A stretch of DNA of 64,000 nucleotides from Planctomycetia bacterium (GCA_046074725.1 JBJTOU010000056.1:1-64000); one strand, 5' to 3'. Positions 17,006-27,411 are shown, numbered from the stretch's first letter. Numbers and translations: made by a program. The notes: generated from the sequence alone by a model not told the origin.

Positions 17006-19345
17006 ATGAGCATGCTCAATACCGACGACCCCCAGATCGACTCCACCGCCCAGACGATCCGGCAGGCGATCCGCTTCCTGCGGGTGATCTGGCACCGACG
17101 GCTGATCGTGATCGGATCGCTCGTAGTCTGCGGCATGCTCGGCGGCCTTTACTACGCGACGGCACCGCGGATCTTCGAGGCCGACGGCCAGGTGCTCGTC
17201 GTCGATACCACCCGCGAGGCGATGAGCACCTCGCTCACGATGGGCAACGACGTGGCATCGATGGCCACCTACGAAAAACTCGTCGTGAGCCCGCTCGTGC
17301 TCCAGGCGGCCGCCCGCCAACTCGACGGCCCAACCAGGGCGGTGTTCGGCTCGCAGGATCCCGAACTCGTGGCCACCGAGATCGCCACGTCGCTCAAGGC
17401 CAAGGGACTGCGGCAGACGAACCTGCTTGAACTCAAGTTTCGGGCGCCTGAGGCCACGGTCGCTGCGACGGTGACGGCCGCGATCATCAAGTCCTACGCC
17501 GACTTCATGCAGGAATCCCACCGCGGCACCGCGGGCACGCTCGTCGATACGCTCACCCGCGAGAAGCAGCAGGTGGATGCCAAGCTCGAGGCCAAGCAGC
17601 AAGAGTATCTCGCGATCCGCAAGCGGGTGGGCGACCTCGGCATCAAGGCTGACGGGAAGGTGATGCATCCGCTCGTGGAGCGGGCCATCCAGCTCAATGC
17701 CGCCCTCATCGACACCCAGAAGAAGCGGCTCTTCCTCCAGGCCTCCCACCAGTCGCTGGCCACCGCGATGAAGCAGGGGCACAACATCCGCCAGAGCCTG
17801 CTTGCCATCGAGGAAACGCTCGGCAAGGAGGTGTTTCTTGACTCGATGGGCCTCGGCCAGCGCGACAAGGAGACCCGCGTCGCCCTCGAAAAGCAGCTCC
17901 TTGAGGATCGGGCCCAGCTCGACACGCTCCTCCAGTATTACGGCGACAATCATCCCAAGGTGATCGAGCGGCGGAAGAAGATCGAGCAGGTAGAGGGCTA
18001 CCTCGCTCAGTTCGACACGCTCGGCTCGATGCGGACGTTCGGGGGCGACGATGCCAAGCTCGCCGCCACGGTGGCCCAGATTCTGAAGCAGCGGCTCGAT
18101 GCCGCCACCCAGCATGAGCAGTGGCTGCAACAAAGCTTCGAGCAGGCCAAGCAGGACTCGATCGGCCTGACGAGCGACATGTCGCAGCTTGATCTGGTGG
18201 ACCACGACATCAAGTGGCTCCGCGAACTCCGCAACACGCTGCTCAACCAGATCGCGAGCATCGATCTTCGCCAGGACAACGGCGGCGTGCGGACGACCGT
18301 GGTGCGGGAGCCTGTCGTGGCGGAAAAGCCCGTCTCTCCCAAGCTGGCCCTGACCGTGCTCGCCGTGCTCGTGGGCGGCCTGGGCATCGGCGTTGCGATC
18401 ACGTTTGTTATCGACGTGCTCGACGACCGGATGCGAACGCCCGAAGACCTGCAGGCGGAACTCGGCCTGCCGCTCTTGGCCACGATCGGCTCGATGGAAG
18501 CCGCCGAGCATGCGGAGCACGACGAGGCTGCGGGAATGGAAACGGTCCACATGTGGAACGAGGCTGACGACGCCGCCAGCGAGAGCTTCCGCACGATCCG
18601 CACCGTACTCGTCATGGGCACTGCCGATTCGCAGCGGATTGCCGTATCGAGTTCCGAGCCGGGCGACGGCAAGACGACGATCGCCACGAACCTCGCTGTC
18701 GCCTACCAGCAGGCGGGCAAGCGGGTGCTCATCATCGATGCCGACATGCGGAAGCCAGGCCTCACCAAGCTCATTGACGGCAAGTCGCTGCCGGGCCTCT
18801 CTGATATCCTCCGAAGCGACGATCCGATCGCGGGAGCCGCACTGGCGACGGTGCGGCAGTCGGGGCAGGTGCCGATCGACATCATCCCAGCCGGCCGGAG
18901 ACCTGCGAACCCTGGTGAACTCCTCCTGGGCGGGCGGTTTGCGGAACTGCTCTCTTGGGCCGAAACCACCTACGATCAGATCATCGTGGACGCCCCGCCG
19001 GTCCTCGCCGGCACCGATGCGGCGGCGGTTGGCCGCGCATGCGACGGCCTCGTGATGGTGATTCGGCCGGAGAAGAACCGCCGCCGTGTGATTCACCGGG
19101 CCGTGGAGACGCTTCGCACGCTTGGCGTGACGATCGCCGGAACGGTCGTCAATGCGGTCGGCATCGAGGAGCAGGGCTACGGCTATGGCTATGGCTATGG
19201 CTACGGGTATGGATACGGGTATGGCGAGCCGTATGGCGACCTGGACGACGAGGTCGAGGGGGGGCTGGAGGACGACGTGCCGACGGATGACGAGTCCGAC
19301 GAACACCAACCCATCCGAGGCTGGTTCGGGTCGAGGGCCGCATGA
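17006..19345 (+). CDS. wzc: Polysaccharide co-polymerase / BY-type tyrosine autokinase (Wzc/GumC-like)
   Basis: N-terminal TM segment and a long coiled-coil periplasmic region. Walker A SSEPGDGKTTIATNLA. Walker A'/B VLIIDADMRKP and IIVDAPPVL. C-terminal Tyr cluster (GY)8GEPYG. Confidence 0.9.
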   Translation: MSMLNTDDPQIDSTAQTIRQAIRFLRVIWHRRLIVIGSLVVCGMLGGLYYATAPRIFEADGQVLVVDTTREAMSTSLTMGNDVASMATYEKLVVSPLVLQAAARQLDGPTRAVFGSQDPELVATEIATSLKAKGLRQTNLLELKFRAPEATVAATVTAAIIKSYADFMQESHRGTAGTLVDTLTREKQQVDAKLEAKQQEYLAIRKRVGDLGIKADGKVMHPLVERAIQLNAALIDTQKKRLFLQASHQSLATAMKQGHNIRQSLLAIEETLGKEVFLDSMGLGQRDKETRVALEKQLLEDRAQLDTLLQYYGDNHPKVIERRKKIEQVEGYLAQFDTLGSMRTFGGDDAKLAATVAQILKQRLDAATQHEQWLQQSFEQAKQDSIGLTSDMSQLDLVDHDIKWLRELRNTLLNQIASIDLRQDNGGVRTTVVREPVVAEKPVSPKLALTVLAVLVGGLGIGVAITFVIDVLDDRMRTPEDLQAELGLPLLATIGSMEAAEHAEHDEAAGMETVHMWNEADDAASESFRTIRTVLVMGTADSQRIAVSSSEPGDGKTTIATNLAVAYQQAGKRVLIIDADMRKPGLTKLIDGKSLPGLSDILRSDDPIAGAALATVRQSGQVPIDIIPAGRRPANPGELLLGGRFAELLSWAETTYDQIIVDAPPVLAGTDAAAVGRACDGLVMVIRPEKNRRRVIHRAVETLRTLGVTIAGTVVNAVGIEEQGYGYGYGYGYGYGYGYGEPYGDLDDEVEGGLEDDVPTDDESDEHQPIRGWFGSRAA
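19175..19222 (+). repeat. Eight tandem GGN-TAY hexanucleotide units encoding (Gly-Tyr)8 in the Wzc tail
   Basis: ggctac ggctat ggctat ggctat ggctac gggtat ggatac gggtat, read directly from the sequence. Confidence 0.95.
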
Positions 19346-22026
19346 ACGACACCATAACTCGTTCCCATCACCATCGACGTCGTCGCACTCGGACGAGGCC
19401 GCCCACCGCAGGTGAGCGGCTGGAGCGGCACTGCTTCGATGCCGCGCTCCTGGCGGCGCTCATCGCCACGCCGATCGCGATGGGGGGCCGCCATCCGCTC
19501 GGCCAAGCCATCCTGACTCTGGCCGCTGGGCTCGCCACCATCTCATGGCTCCTGCGAGCGTGGGGGCAAGGCAAGACCGAATGGCGATGGAGCGTGGTGG
19601 ACCTTCTCTTTGCGATGGGCCTCGCCGTCGGCATCGTGCAGCTCGTACCGTTGCCGGCCGACGTTCTCGCAGCCATCTCGCCGAGCCTCTCGAATCTCCT
19701 TCCCTGCTGGAGCGACGGGCCACTCACGCTCGGTCGCTGGACCACGCTCTCCCTCACGCCCGGCGAGACACTCACCGGTATCCAGATCCTCTTCGCGCAG
19801 GCGATCCTCGTCGCCATCCTGTTTCAGCGGGTGCGGCAGGGAGGCCCGCCGGAGGCGGAGCGGGTGCTCACCGTCGTGGCCGGAGCCACGGGACTTTTGG
19901 CGATGCTCGGCGTGGTGCAATACCTCGCCGGCAACGGGAAATACCTTTGGGTGTATGAGTTCGTCCACAACGACTCCGGAGGCATGGTCAAAGGCACGTT
20001 CACCAACCGCAATCACTACGCGAGCTTTCTGGCAGTGGGTGCGGGGGCGGTGGCCTGGTGGTCGCTCTTCAGCCAGCCGACCCGGCAGCCGAAGCGACGA
20101 CGCTTCCGGCAGGCCGAGCCACTGACGGACTCATGGCGGCTGGCCTGCGGCATGCTCGGCCTCGCGGTGGTGGCGTTTGCAACGCTCTCCTCGCTCTCGC
20201 GGGGTGGCACGCTCGCGCTGGCTGCGGCCGCAGCCGTTTGCATCGCGATGCTCTTGCGGGCTCGCGCAATCCAGCCGCTGGCGGGCTTGGGCATCGCCGC
20301 CGCTGCAGGCGGCGTCTTCCTCGCGCTCCAGATCCACGGAATCGACCGCGTCGAAAACCGACTCGATACGCTCTTCGATGGGCATCATCAGGAGACGGGC
20401 TTCGGCCGTCTCGAGGTATGGCGGGCGGCGACTCGTGCGATCGCCGACTTTCCATGGCTTGGCGCCGGCGTGGGCAGCCATGCCGACATTTCGCAGCGGT
20501 ACATGCCTCCGACCGACACGACCGTCTTCACGCACGCTGAAAACAGCTACCTCAACCTCGGGGTCGAGGCTGGCGGAATCGGTCTCGGCGTGGCCGTCCT
20601 GGCGATCATTGTCGCCATCGCGGCATGTGGGATCGCGTTCCGCGGCGGCGACGAGCGGCAGCGAGGCATCGCCGCGGCGATCGCGGCGGCCCTCGCCGCG
20701 GGCATCGTGCATGCCGGCACCGACTTCATCTGGTATGTGCCGGCGATCTCGACACTGCTGGCAGTCGTGGCAGCCTGCGGCATGGCGCTCGCATCACGAC
20801 AGGGCGGCTGGGCACCATCGGGTGCATTGTCGCTGGGGCGACCGGCCGTGGCCGCGGTCTCGTGCGGAGCGTGTGCCCTGCTCGTGGTATCTGGAGCCCG
20901 CCAACTTTCAGCTGCCACCGCCGAGCCGGCATGGGAAGAATCGATCCGCCAGGCGCGCGTTCTTGCCCGTGACGCGACGGACTGGCTCAGGGAACAAAGC
21001 CCTGACCGGGAGGCTGAGCGACCGGCGCAGATTCTGGCCACGCTCGACGCGCGGATCGCCGCACTTGAAAAAGTGACGGCGCTGCGGCCAGACCATCCGC
21101 GGGCCTGGGGTGCCCTGGCCGTCGCACGTCTGGAGCGATTCGGCTTGGCGAGGCGAATGGCCGGCTCAGGCATCGGCCTTGCCGATCTGAGGCAGGTGGC
21201 CGTGGAGGGCGGCTTTGCGACACCCGAAGACATGCGGACCTGGGCGCGGAACACGCTTGGGCCTGAGTACGATCAGCTCGAACAAGCCGCTGCCGCAGCA
21301 GGCCGTGCGGTGACCCTCGCCCCGCTCGATGGAGAGGCTTGGTGCGCCCTCGGCAGCATCGCATTCCTGACATGCGCGGATCCCGCGCTGCGCACGCGAT
21401 GCATCGATCAGGCCCTGCTCGTGCGTCCGAAGAATTCACTCGTGCTCTTCGAGGCGGCGACCCAGGCGGCCCTCGACGGCGACGAGCCACGGGCGATCGA
21501 CCTCTGGCGGACGAGCTTCGCGGTGTCGAGCGGCCAGCGGACACGGATTCTCTCGATCCTGCTGCCGCTCGTGCCCGCGACAGAGGCTGCGGCGATGCTT
21601 ACCCCCGATTTGGCCGGGCTCCGCGCCATCGATGCGATGTGGTCGCGGAAATCGAACGCAGAGGAAATGCGGCCGATCCGCGAGCAACGGCTCGAGGCCG
21701 TCCTCATTGCCGCGGCGGAAGAGCAGAGGGCCGGGCCACAGTCCGCTCTGCTCATGGAGGCCGCCGGGCTCCATCGGACGCTTGGCGACGTCGAGGCTGC
21801 GCTGGCCGCGCTGCAATCGGCGATTGCGGTCCAGCCGTCCAACTATCAGACCCACCTCACGCTCGCCGACGTCGCGATGCAGTGTGGCGAGTACGACCAG
21901 ACCGAACGCGAACTCGAGTGGTGCCGGCTACGCCGCCCCGACAGCGATGCCGTCCGCACCCGGCAGGCCACGCTCGCCCGCCTGCGGGCTGAACGAGTCA
22001 CCACCGTGTCGCACGAACAACCCTAG
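19342..22026 (+). CDS. O-antigen ligase/polymerase-like membrane protein (Wzy_C domain) fused to a C-terminal TPR-like region
   Basis: Multi-TM N-terminal half with NRNHYASFLAVG and RLEVWRAATRAIADFPWLGAGVGSH...HAENSYLNLGVEAGGIGL. The C-terminal ~400 aa is helical-repeat rich. The ATG overlaps the wzc stop (ATGA). Confidence 0.8.
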   Translation: MNDTITRSHHHRRRRTRTRPPTAGERLERHCFDAALLAALIATPIAMGGRHPLGQAILTLAAGLATISWLLRAWGQGKTEWRWSVVDLLFAMGLAVGIVQLVPLPADVLAAISPSLSNLLPCWSDGPLTLGRWTTLSLTPGETLTGIQILFAQAILVAILFQRVRQGGPPEAERVLTVVAGATGLLAMLGVVQYLAGNGKYLWVYEFVHNDSGGMVKGTFTNRNHYASFLAVGAGAVAWWSLFSQPTRQPKRRRFRQAEPLTDSWRLACGMLGLAVVAFATLSSLSRGGTLALAAAAAVCIAMLLRARAIQPLAGLGIAAAAGGVFLALQIHGIDRVENRLDTLFDGHHQETGFGRLEVWRAATRAIADFPWLGAGVGSHADISQRYMPPTDTTVFTHAENSYLNLGVEAGGIGLGVAVLAIIVAIAACGIAFRGGDERQRGIAAAIAAALAAGIVHAGTDFIWYVPAISTLLAVVAACGMALASRQGGWAPSGALSLGRPAVAAVSCGACALLVVSGARQLSAATAEPAWEESIRQARVLARDATDWLREQSPDREAERPAQILATLDARIAALEKVTALRPDHPRAWGALAVARLERFGLARRMAGSGIGLADLRQVAVEGGFATPEDMRTWARNTLGPEYDQLEQAAAAAGRAVTLAPLDGEAWCALGSIAFLTCADPALRTRCIDQALLVRPKNSLVLFEAATQAALDGDEPRAIDLWRTSFAVSSGQRTRILSILLPLVPATEAAAMLTPDLAGLRAIDAMWSRKSNAEEMRPIREQRLEAVLIAAAEEQRAGPQSALLMEAAGLHRTLGDVEAALAALQSAIAVQPSNYQTHLTLADVAMQCGEYDQTERELEWCRLRRPDSDAVRTRQATLARLRAERVTTVSHEQP

Positions 22027-22040
22027 GCACGTTCCCCACC

Positions 22041-24095
22041 ATGCGATTCGACCCCCGCCTCCGCCGTGGCCTTCTGCTTGCCGCCGTGAATGGCTGCGTA
22101 CTCATGGCGGCCAGTGTGCTCGCCTACCTCGTGCGGTTCGAGGGGGTGATCGGTCCGCGCGAACTGCAGAGCCTCGTCCGCTGCCTCACAGTGATCGTGC
22201 CCTTGCAGATGGCGATGCTCTTCATCGCCGACTGGTATCGCCGGAGCGTTCGAGGGCTCTCCACGCACGATCTCTGGCGGCTCGTGCTCGCGGTCACGGC
22301 CGGGAGCGGCGTTGCCTGGCTCGGTGTCTCGGCGATCGACCCGTCTCCAGGCCTGATCCTGCCGGTGCCCGGTGCGCGGGCGATCGAGGTTGCCGAGTCG
22401 GACCCACCGTCGCCCGTGCTGATGGCCTCGCACGAGGACGCGCCGCCCGCGCCACAGCCACTGCCGCCGCTCTCGGACACGATGCGGGACATGAACTCGA
22501 TGCCCGTGAACGTGCCTCGGAGCATTTGGGTGGCCGAATGGTTCTTTGCGATCTGCCTGCTCGGGGGACTCCAGGCGACCGTCCACGAGATGCACAGGCA
22601 CCTCCAGCGACGGGCGATGGGCAACGCCTCGCGGGTGTTGCTGGTCGGAACCTGCCCATCGAGTGATGCCGTCGTGCGGGCGATCCAGTCGCTGCCGCAT
22701 GCCCGCAAGCAGATCGTGGGGATCGTCGCCCGGCCCGGCGATGAAGGCTTGATCGGCCGTGCGATCGGCGGAGTGCCCGTGCTGGCCACGGCCGACGGCA
22801 TCGAACGGCTCCTCGGTCCCCATCGAATCGACGAAGTGATGCTCATGTCCGACACGCTCGTGGGGGCGGAGGTGCGGCGGCTGCAGGAACGATGCGCCGC
22901 CGCCGGATGCACGGTGCGGGTGATTCCGATGATCGAGAACCTGCTCAGCGGCAGCGTGCAGGTGCAGCCGCGGCCGGTCGATATCGCAGATCTGCTCAAG
23001 CGGAAGAGCGTCGAGATCGACCTGGCCGGCATCTGGAAGTGGATCGATCGGGAGACCGTACTCGTGACCGGCGCGGTCGGCAGCATCGGCTCCGAAATCT
23101 GCCGCCAGCTCATCAAGCACGGGCCGGCCCGACTGGTGCTTCTCGACCGCTGCGAGACGGGCCTCTTTTGGATGGAGCGGGAACTGCGCGCGACCGGCGC
23201 CGATGTGGAGATCGTTCCCTGCATCGCCGACATCACTGATCGCGGACGGATCGACGCGGTGCTCGCCGAGCACCGGCCGGCGATCGTCTTTCATGCGGCT
23301 GCCTACAAGCATGTGCCACTGATGGAGCAGCATCCGGGCGAGGCTGTGAAGAACATCACGCTCGCGACGGCGACGCTCGCCGAAGCGGCCGCCGCGCACG
23401 AGGTCCGTTCGTTCGTGCTCATTTCGACCGACAAGGCCGTGAACCCGACGAGCGTGATGGGCTGCTGCAAGCGGCTGGCGGAACTGGTCGTCTCCTCGCT
23501 CGACCGCGAGTCGGCGACGGAGTATGTGACCGTGCGATTCGGCAACGTGCTCGACTCGGCCGGGAGCGTGGTTCCCATCTTCCGCGAGCAGATCCTGCGG
23601 GGCGGGCCGGTGACGGTGACGCACCCCGACATCGAACGCTACTTCATGACGATCCCCGAGGCGGCGACGCTCGTGGTCCAGGCCGGCGCCATGGGGCAGG
23701 GGGGCGAGGTGTTCGTGCTCGACATGGGGGAGCCTGTGCGGATCGCCGACCTCGCCCGCGACATGATCCGCCTGTCCAATCTCAAGGAAGGTCGCGACAT
23801 CGAGATCCGATTCACCGGCCTGCGACCGGGCGAAAAACTCTTCGAGGAACTTTTCACGGGCGAAGAGTCGCTCCGAGAAACGCTCCATCCGAAAATCCGA
23901 GCCGCACGACTGGACCCGGCCACGAACGCCAGCACCGAGCACATCCTTCACAGGCTCCGACATGCCTGCACGCGGTCACCCGCTGACGTGCGGGCGATTC
24001 TCCATGAACTCGTGCCCGAATATTCGGGGCACGAAGAAGATCTGCCGCAGGGCGTTGTCGCCGGCCGCATCGATCTGGCCCGCCGCGCGGCATGA
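22041..24095 (+). CDS. Membrane-bound nucleotide-sugar 4,6-dehydratase/epimerase (WbpM/CapD/PglF family)
   Basis: N-terminal TM segments, then VLVTGAVGSIGSEICRQL, HAAAYKHVPLME and STDKAVNPTSVMGCCKRLAE. Confidence 0.9.
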   Translation: MRFDPRLRRGLLLAAVNGCVLMAASVLAYLVRFEGVIGPRELQSLVRCLTVIVPLQMAMLFIADWYRRSVRGLSTHDLWRLVLAVTAGSGVAWLGVSAIDPSPGLILPVPGARAIEVAESDPPSPVLMASHEDAPPAPQPLPPLSDTMRDMNSMPVNVPRSIWVAEWFFAICLLGGLQATVHEMHRHLQRRAMGNASRVLLVGTCPSSDAVVRAIQSLPHARKQIVGIVARPGDEGLIGRAIGGVPVLATADGIERLLGPHRIDEVMLMSDTLVGAEVRRLQERCAAAGCTVRVIPMIENLLSGSVQVQPRPVDIADLLKRKSVEIDLAGIWKWIDRETVLVTGAVGSIGSEICRQLIKHGPARLVLLDRCETGLFWMERELRATGADVEIVPCIADITDRGRIDAVLAEHRPAIVFHAAAYKHVPLMEQHPGEAVKNITLATATLAEAAAAHEVRSFVLISTDKAVNPTSVMGCCKRLAELVVSSLDRESATEYVTVRFGNVLDSAGSVVPIFREQILRGGPVTVTHPDIERYFMTIPEAATLVVQAGAMGQGGEVFVLDMGEPVRIADLARDMIRLSNLKEGRDIEIRFTGLRPGEKLFEELFTGEESLRETLHPKIRAARLDPATNASTEHILHRLRHACTRSPADVRAILHELVPEYSGHEEDLPQGVVAGRIDLARRAA

Positions 24096-24220
24096 GGCTA
24101 GCTATCCGTGGAAAAAGTCATCCATGACCTTTTTCGACGTGGTTGATCGCGGGAAACACCGAGGGTTTCCCGGATCAAGGGCCATCGCATCCTGCTCGGG
24201 CAGACTTGTTCCACAGTCTG

Positions 24221-24937
<717 letters not shown>

Positions 24938-24972
24938 GTTCCTGCGGCACGCCGAAAACCTTTCCGCCTCCC

Positions 24973-25200
24973 ATGCCCATGTCTCTCGACTCCATTCCTG
25001 TCGGCTCGTCGGCCCGTGTAGCCGCGGTACGCGGCGACGACGCGACGTCGCTTCGGCTTTTGGAAATGGGGATCACTCCGGGAATCGCCGTGCAGGTGGT
25101 GGGCACTGCGCCGCTCGGATGCCCGATCGAGCTCGAGGTTCGCGGCTATCACTTGTCGATCCGCCGCAGCGAAGCGGCCCGGATCGCCGTCTCCGCCTGA
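24973..25200 (+). CDS. feoA: Ferrous iron transport protein A
   Basis: MPMSLDSIPVGSSARVAAVRGDDATSLRLLEMGITPGIAVQVVGTAPLGCPIELEVRGYHLSIRRSEAARIAV is a typical FeoA SH3-like domain. Confidence 0.8.
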   Translation: MPMSLDSIPVGSSARVAAVRGDDATSLRLLEMGITPGIAVQVVGTAPLGCPIELEVRGYHLSIRRSEAARIAVSA

Positions 25201-25208
25201 CCAACCCC

Positions 25209-27197
25209 ATGCCAGATCACGCCGCCCTCCGCCCGTCGGCGGCAAGCGACCCACCGCTCACGGTCGCCCTCATCGGCAACCCCAACACCGGCAAGAGCAC
25301 GCTCTTCACGGCGCTGGCTGGCATCCCGACGCGGGTCGGGAACTATCCGGGCGTCACCGTCGAGGAGAAGCTCGGCCGATTCCGCCACCGCGGCCGGACG
25401 ATCGAACTGATCGACCTCCCAGGCACCTACAGCCTCGTGCCTAAAAGCCCCGATGAACAGGTGGCAGTCGATGTGCTGCATGGCCGGATGCGGGGCGTGA
25501 ACCGTCCCGATGTGGTCGTCGTCGTGGCCGACGCCACGAATCTCGTCCGAAATCTCTACCTCGCAAGCCAGGTGCTCGAGGCGGGCCTGCCGACGATCCT
25601 GGCCCTCACGCTCTCCGACATCGCCGACCGCAAAGGTCTCTCGATCGACACGGGTCTGCTCGCCACACGGCTCGGGTGCCCGGTCGTGCGGGTGGTGGCG
25701 CCATCCCGCGAAGGGATCGACGAACTCGGCGAGGCGATTCTTGCCGCCCCGGGCACCGCGCGAGCCCAAAGGCCCGACCTCTCACCGCATCTCGCCGCGG
25801 TCGAGGGCTCCTATCCACCGGCGGCTCGCGAGGCGATCGCACGCTATGCCTGGATCGACTCGATCGTCGATGGCGTGATCACCCGGCGGGAGGCCAGCCG
25901 GTCGGTCAACGAACGCATCGATGCGGTGTTGACGCACCGGCTGTGGGGCACATTGATCTTCGCCCTGACGATGCTCGCCATTTTCACGTCGATCTTCTGG
26001 CTGGCCGCACCGCTGATGGACCTGATGTCCGGGGGAGTCGATGCCGTGGCCGGCATGGTCGAGAAGGTGGTGCCGGAGGGCGCGGTCCGCTCGCTCGTGG
26101 TCGATGGAATCCTCGCAGGCTTCGGGGGAGTGGTCGTGTTCCTGCCGCAGATCGCCATGCTCTTCCTCTTCATCGCGATCCTCGAAGGCTGCGGCTATCT
26201 CGCCCGCGCCGCGTATCTCATGGACCGGCTGCTGGTCGGCGTGGGCCTCTCAGGCAAGTCGTTCATTCCGCTGCTCTCGAGTTTTGCCTGCGCGATTCCC
26301 GGCATCATGGCGGCCCGAACGATCGAGAACCGCCGTGACCGGCTGCTCACGATCCTCGTCGCCCCGCTCATGAGTTGCTCGGCGCGGCTGCCGGTCTATC
26401 TGCTGCTCACGGCTGCCTTCGTGCCCAACGTGGCCGTCGGCGTGCCGTGGCTGCGGCTGCCGGCGGTGGTGCTCGCGGCGATGTATGCCATCGGAGTGGT
26501 CGTGGCGGCCGTCGTCGCCCTCATCCTGTCGCGGACCGTGTTTCGCGGGCCCCCGCAGCCCTTCGTGCTGGAACTGCCCGGCTGGCGGTGGCCGCAGCCG
26601 GCGGTCGTGCTCGAGCGTGTTCGCGAAGCGGCGGTGTCGTTCCTCAAGAACGCCGGCACGCTGATCGTGGCGGTGAGCATCGTCGTCTGGGCGCTGGGCA
26701 GTTATCCGAAGGTGCCGCCTCCGGAGGGACTGAACGTCACCGAGGCCGACGTGCGAGGCGAGGCGCTGCGGCAGAGCTTTCTCGGTCGGGCGGGGCGATT
26801 GATCGAGCCGATCGTCAGGCCGCTCGGCTGGGACTGGCGGATCGGCTGCGCGGCGATCGCGAGCTTTCCCGCGCGGGAGGTCGTCCTCGGCACGCTCGGC
26901 GTGATCTACAACCTCGGCGACGTCGATCCGGGCGAGGAGGAGGGGGCGACGGAACTGATCCGGCTCCTCAAGGCCGCGACCTGGGACGGCAGCGACCGGA
27001 AGGTGTTCACGCTGCCGGTGGCCCTCTCGATCATGGTGTTCTTCGCGCTGTGTGCGCAGTGCGCGAGCACGCTTGTGATCATCGGCAAGGAGACGAACAG
27101 CTGGATCTGGCCCGTGGTCACCTTCGCCTACATGACGGTGCTGGCATGGCTCGGCGCCTTTGCGACCTACCAGATCGGGACGATGATCCTCGGGTGA
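25209..27197 (+). CDS. feoB: Ferrous iron transporter B
   Basis: G-domain VALIGNPNTGKSTLFTALAG and LIDLPGTYSL, followed by a polytopic membrane domain. The start was set at ATG 25209, 9 nt after the feoA stop. The ORF-track N-terminal extension overlaps feoA. Confidence 0.95.
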   Translation: MPDHAALRPSAASDPPLTVALIGNPNTGKSTLFTALAGIPTRVGNYPGVTVEEKLGRFRHRGRTIELIDLPGTYSLVPKSPDEQVAVDVLHGRMRGVNRPDVVVVVADATNLVRNLYLASQVLEAGLPTILALTLSDIADRKGLSIDTGLLATRLGCPVVRVVAPSREGIDELGEAILAAPGTARAQRPDLSPHLAAVEGSYPPAAREAIARYAWIDSIVDGVITRREASRSVNERIDAVLTHRLWGTLIFALTMLAIFTSIFWLAAPLMDLMSGGVDAVAGMVEKVVPEGAVRSLVVDGILAGFGGVVVFLPQIAMLFLFIAILEGCGYLARAAYLMDRLLVGVGLSGKSFIPLLSSFACAIPGIMAARTIENRRDRLLTILVAPLMSCSARLPVYLLLTAAFVPNVAVGVPWLRLPAVVLAAMYAIGVVVAAVVALILSRTVFRGPPQPFVLELPGWRWPQPAVVLERVREAAVSFLKNAGTLIVAVSIVVWALGSYPKVPPPEGLNVTEADVRGEALRQSFLGRAGRLIEPIVRPLGWDWRIGCAAIASFPAREVVLGTLGVIYNLGDVDPGEEEGATELIRLLKAATWDGSDRKVFTLPVALSIMVFFALCAQCASTLVIIGKETNSWIWPVVTFAYMTVLAWLGAFATYQIGTMILG

Positions 27198-27207
27198 GGG
27201 GAATGCC

Positions 27208-27411
27208 GTGCAGGACATGATCGCGATCGCCGTGTCGCTCGCGGCCGCCGCATGGCTGGCCCGCTCCCTCTGGAAAGGGTTCTTCGCGCCGCCCTGCCGG
27301 CCCCCGGCGGCCGTCCGTGCCGGTAGCGACGGCTTCATCCCGATCGAGACGCTCACGCCTCCCCCGCCGCGGCCATCCGCCTCGCCGAGTCCTCCGGCGA
27401 GAGCGTCGTGA
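27208..27411 (+). CDS. Possible small FeoB-associated membrane protein
   Basis: Single TM MQDMIAIAVSLAAAAWLARSLW, 11 nt after the feoB stop, at the position where small FeoB-associated membrane proteins occur. It has only one Cys, and its last ~59 nt overlap the convergent galT-like gene. Confidence 0.3.
   Translation: MQDMIAIAVSLAAAAWLARSLWKGFFAPPCRPPAAVRAGSDGFIPIETLTPPPPRPSASPSPPARAS

Noticed and set aside
16949-19309. 786-aa ORF antisense to wzc. The same phenomenon occurs at 53078-55891 (937 aa, antisense to lepA and the ROK kinase), 44654-46789 (antisense to ftsH), 33486-35132 and 35442-36038 (antisense to cysNC), 22023-23963 (antisense to the WbpM-like gene), 59675-61363 (antisense to lepB), 26250-27527 (antisense to feoB), 41383-42891, 8783-10003 and 36119-37309.
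   Set aside because: These are typical high-GC shadow ORFs. Their composition is Arg/Gly/His/Asp/Pro-rich with no family motifs, and each lies exactly opposite a gene with strong, motif-supported homology.
24110-24171. Two inverted repeats (GAAAAAGTCAT..ATGACCTTTTTC and GGGAAAC-ACCGAGG-GTTTCCC) in the convergent gap between the WbpM-like gene and bioD
   Set aside because: They may act as bidirectional terminators. However, the first stem is AU-rich with a tiny loop, and the second lacks a U-tract on either strand, so they were not called as terminators.
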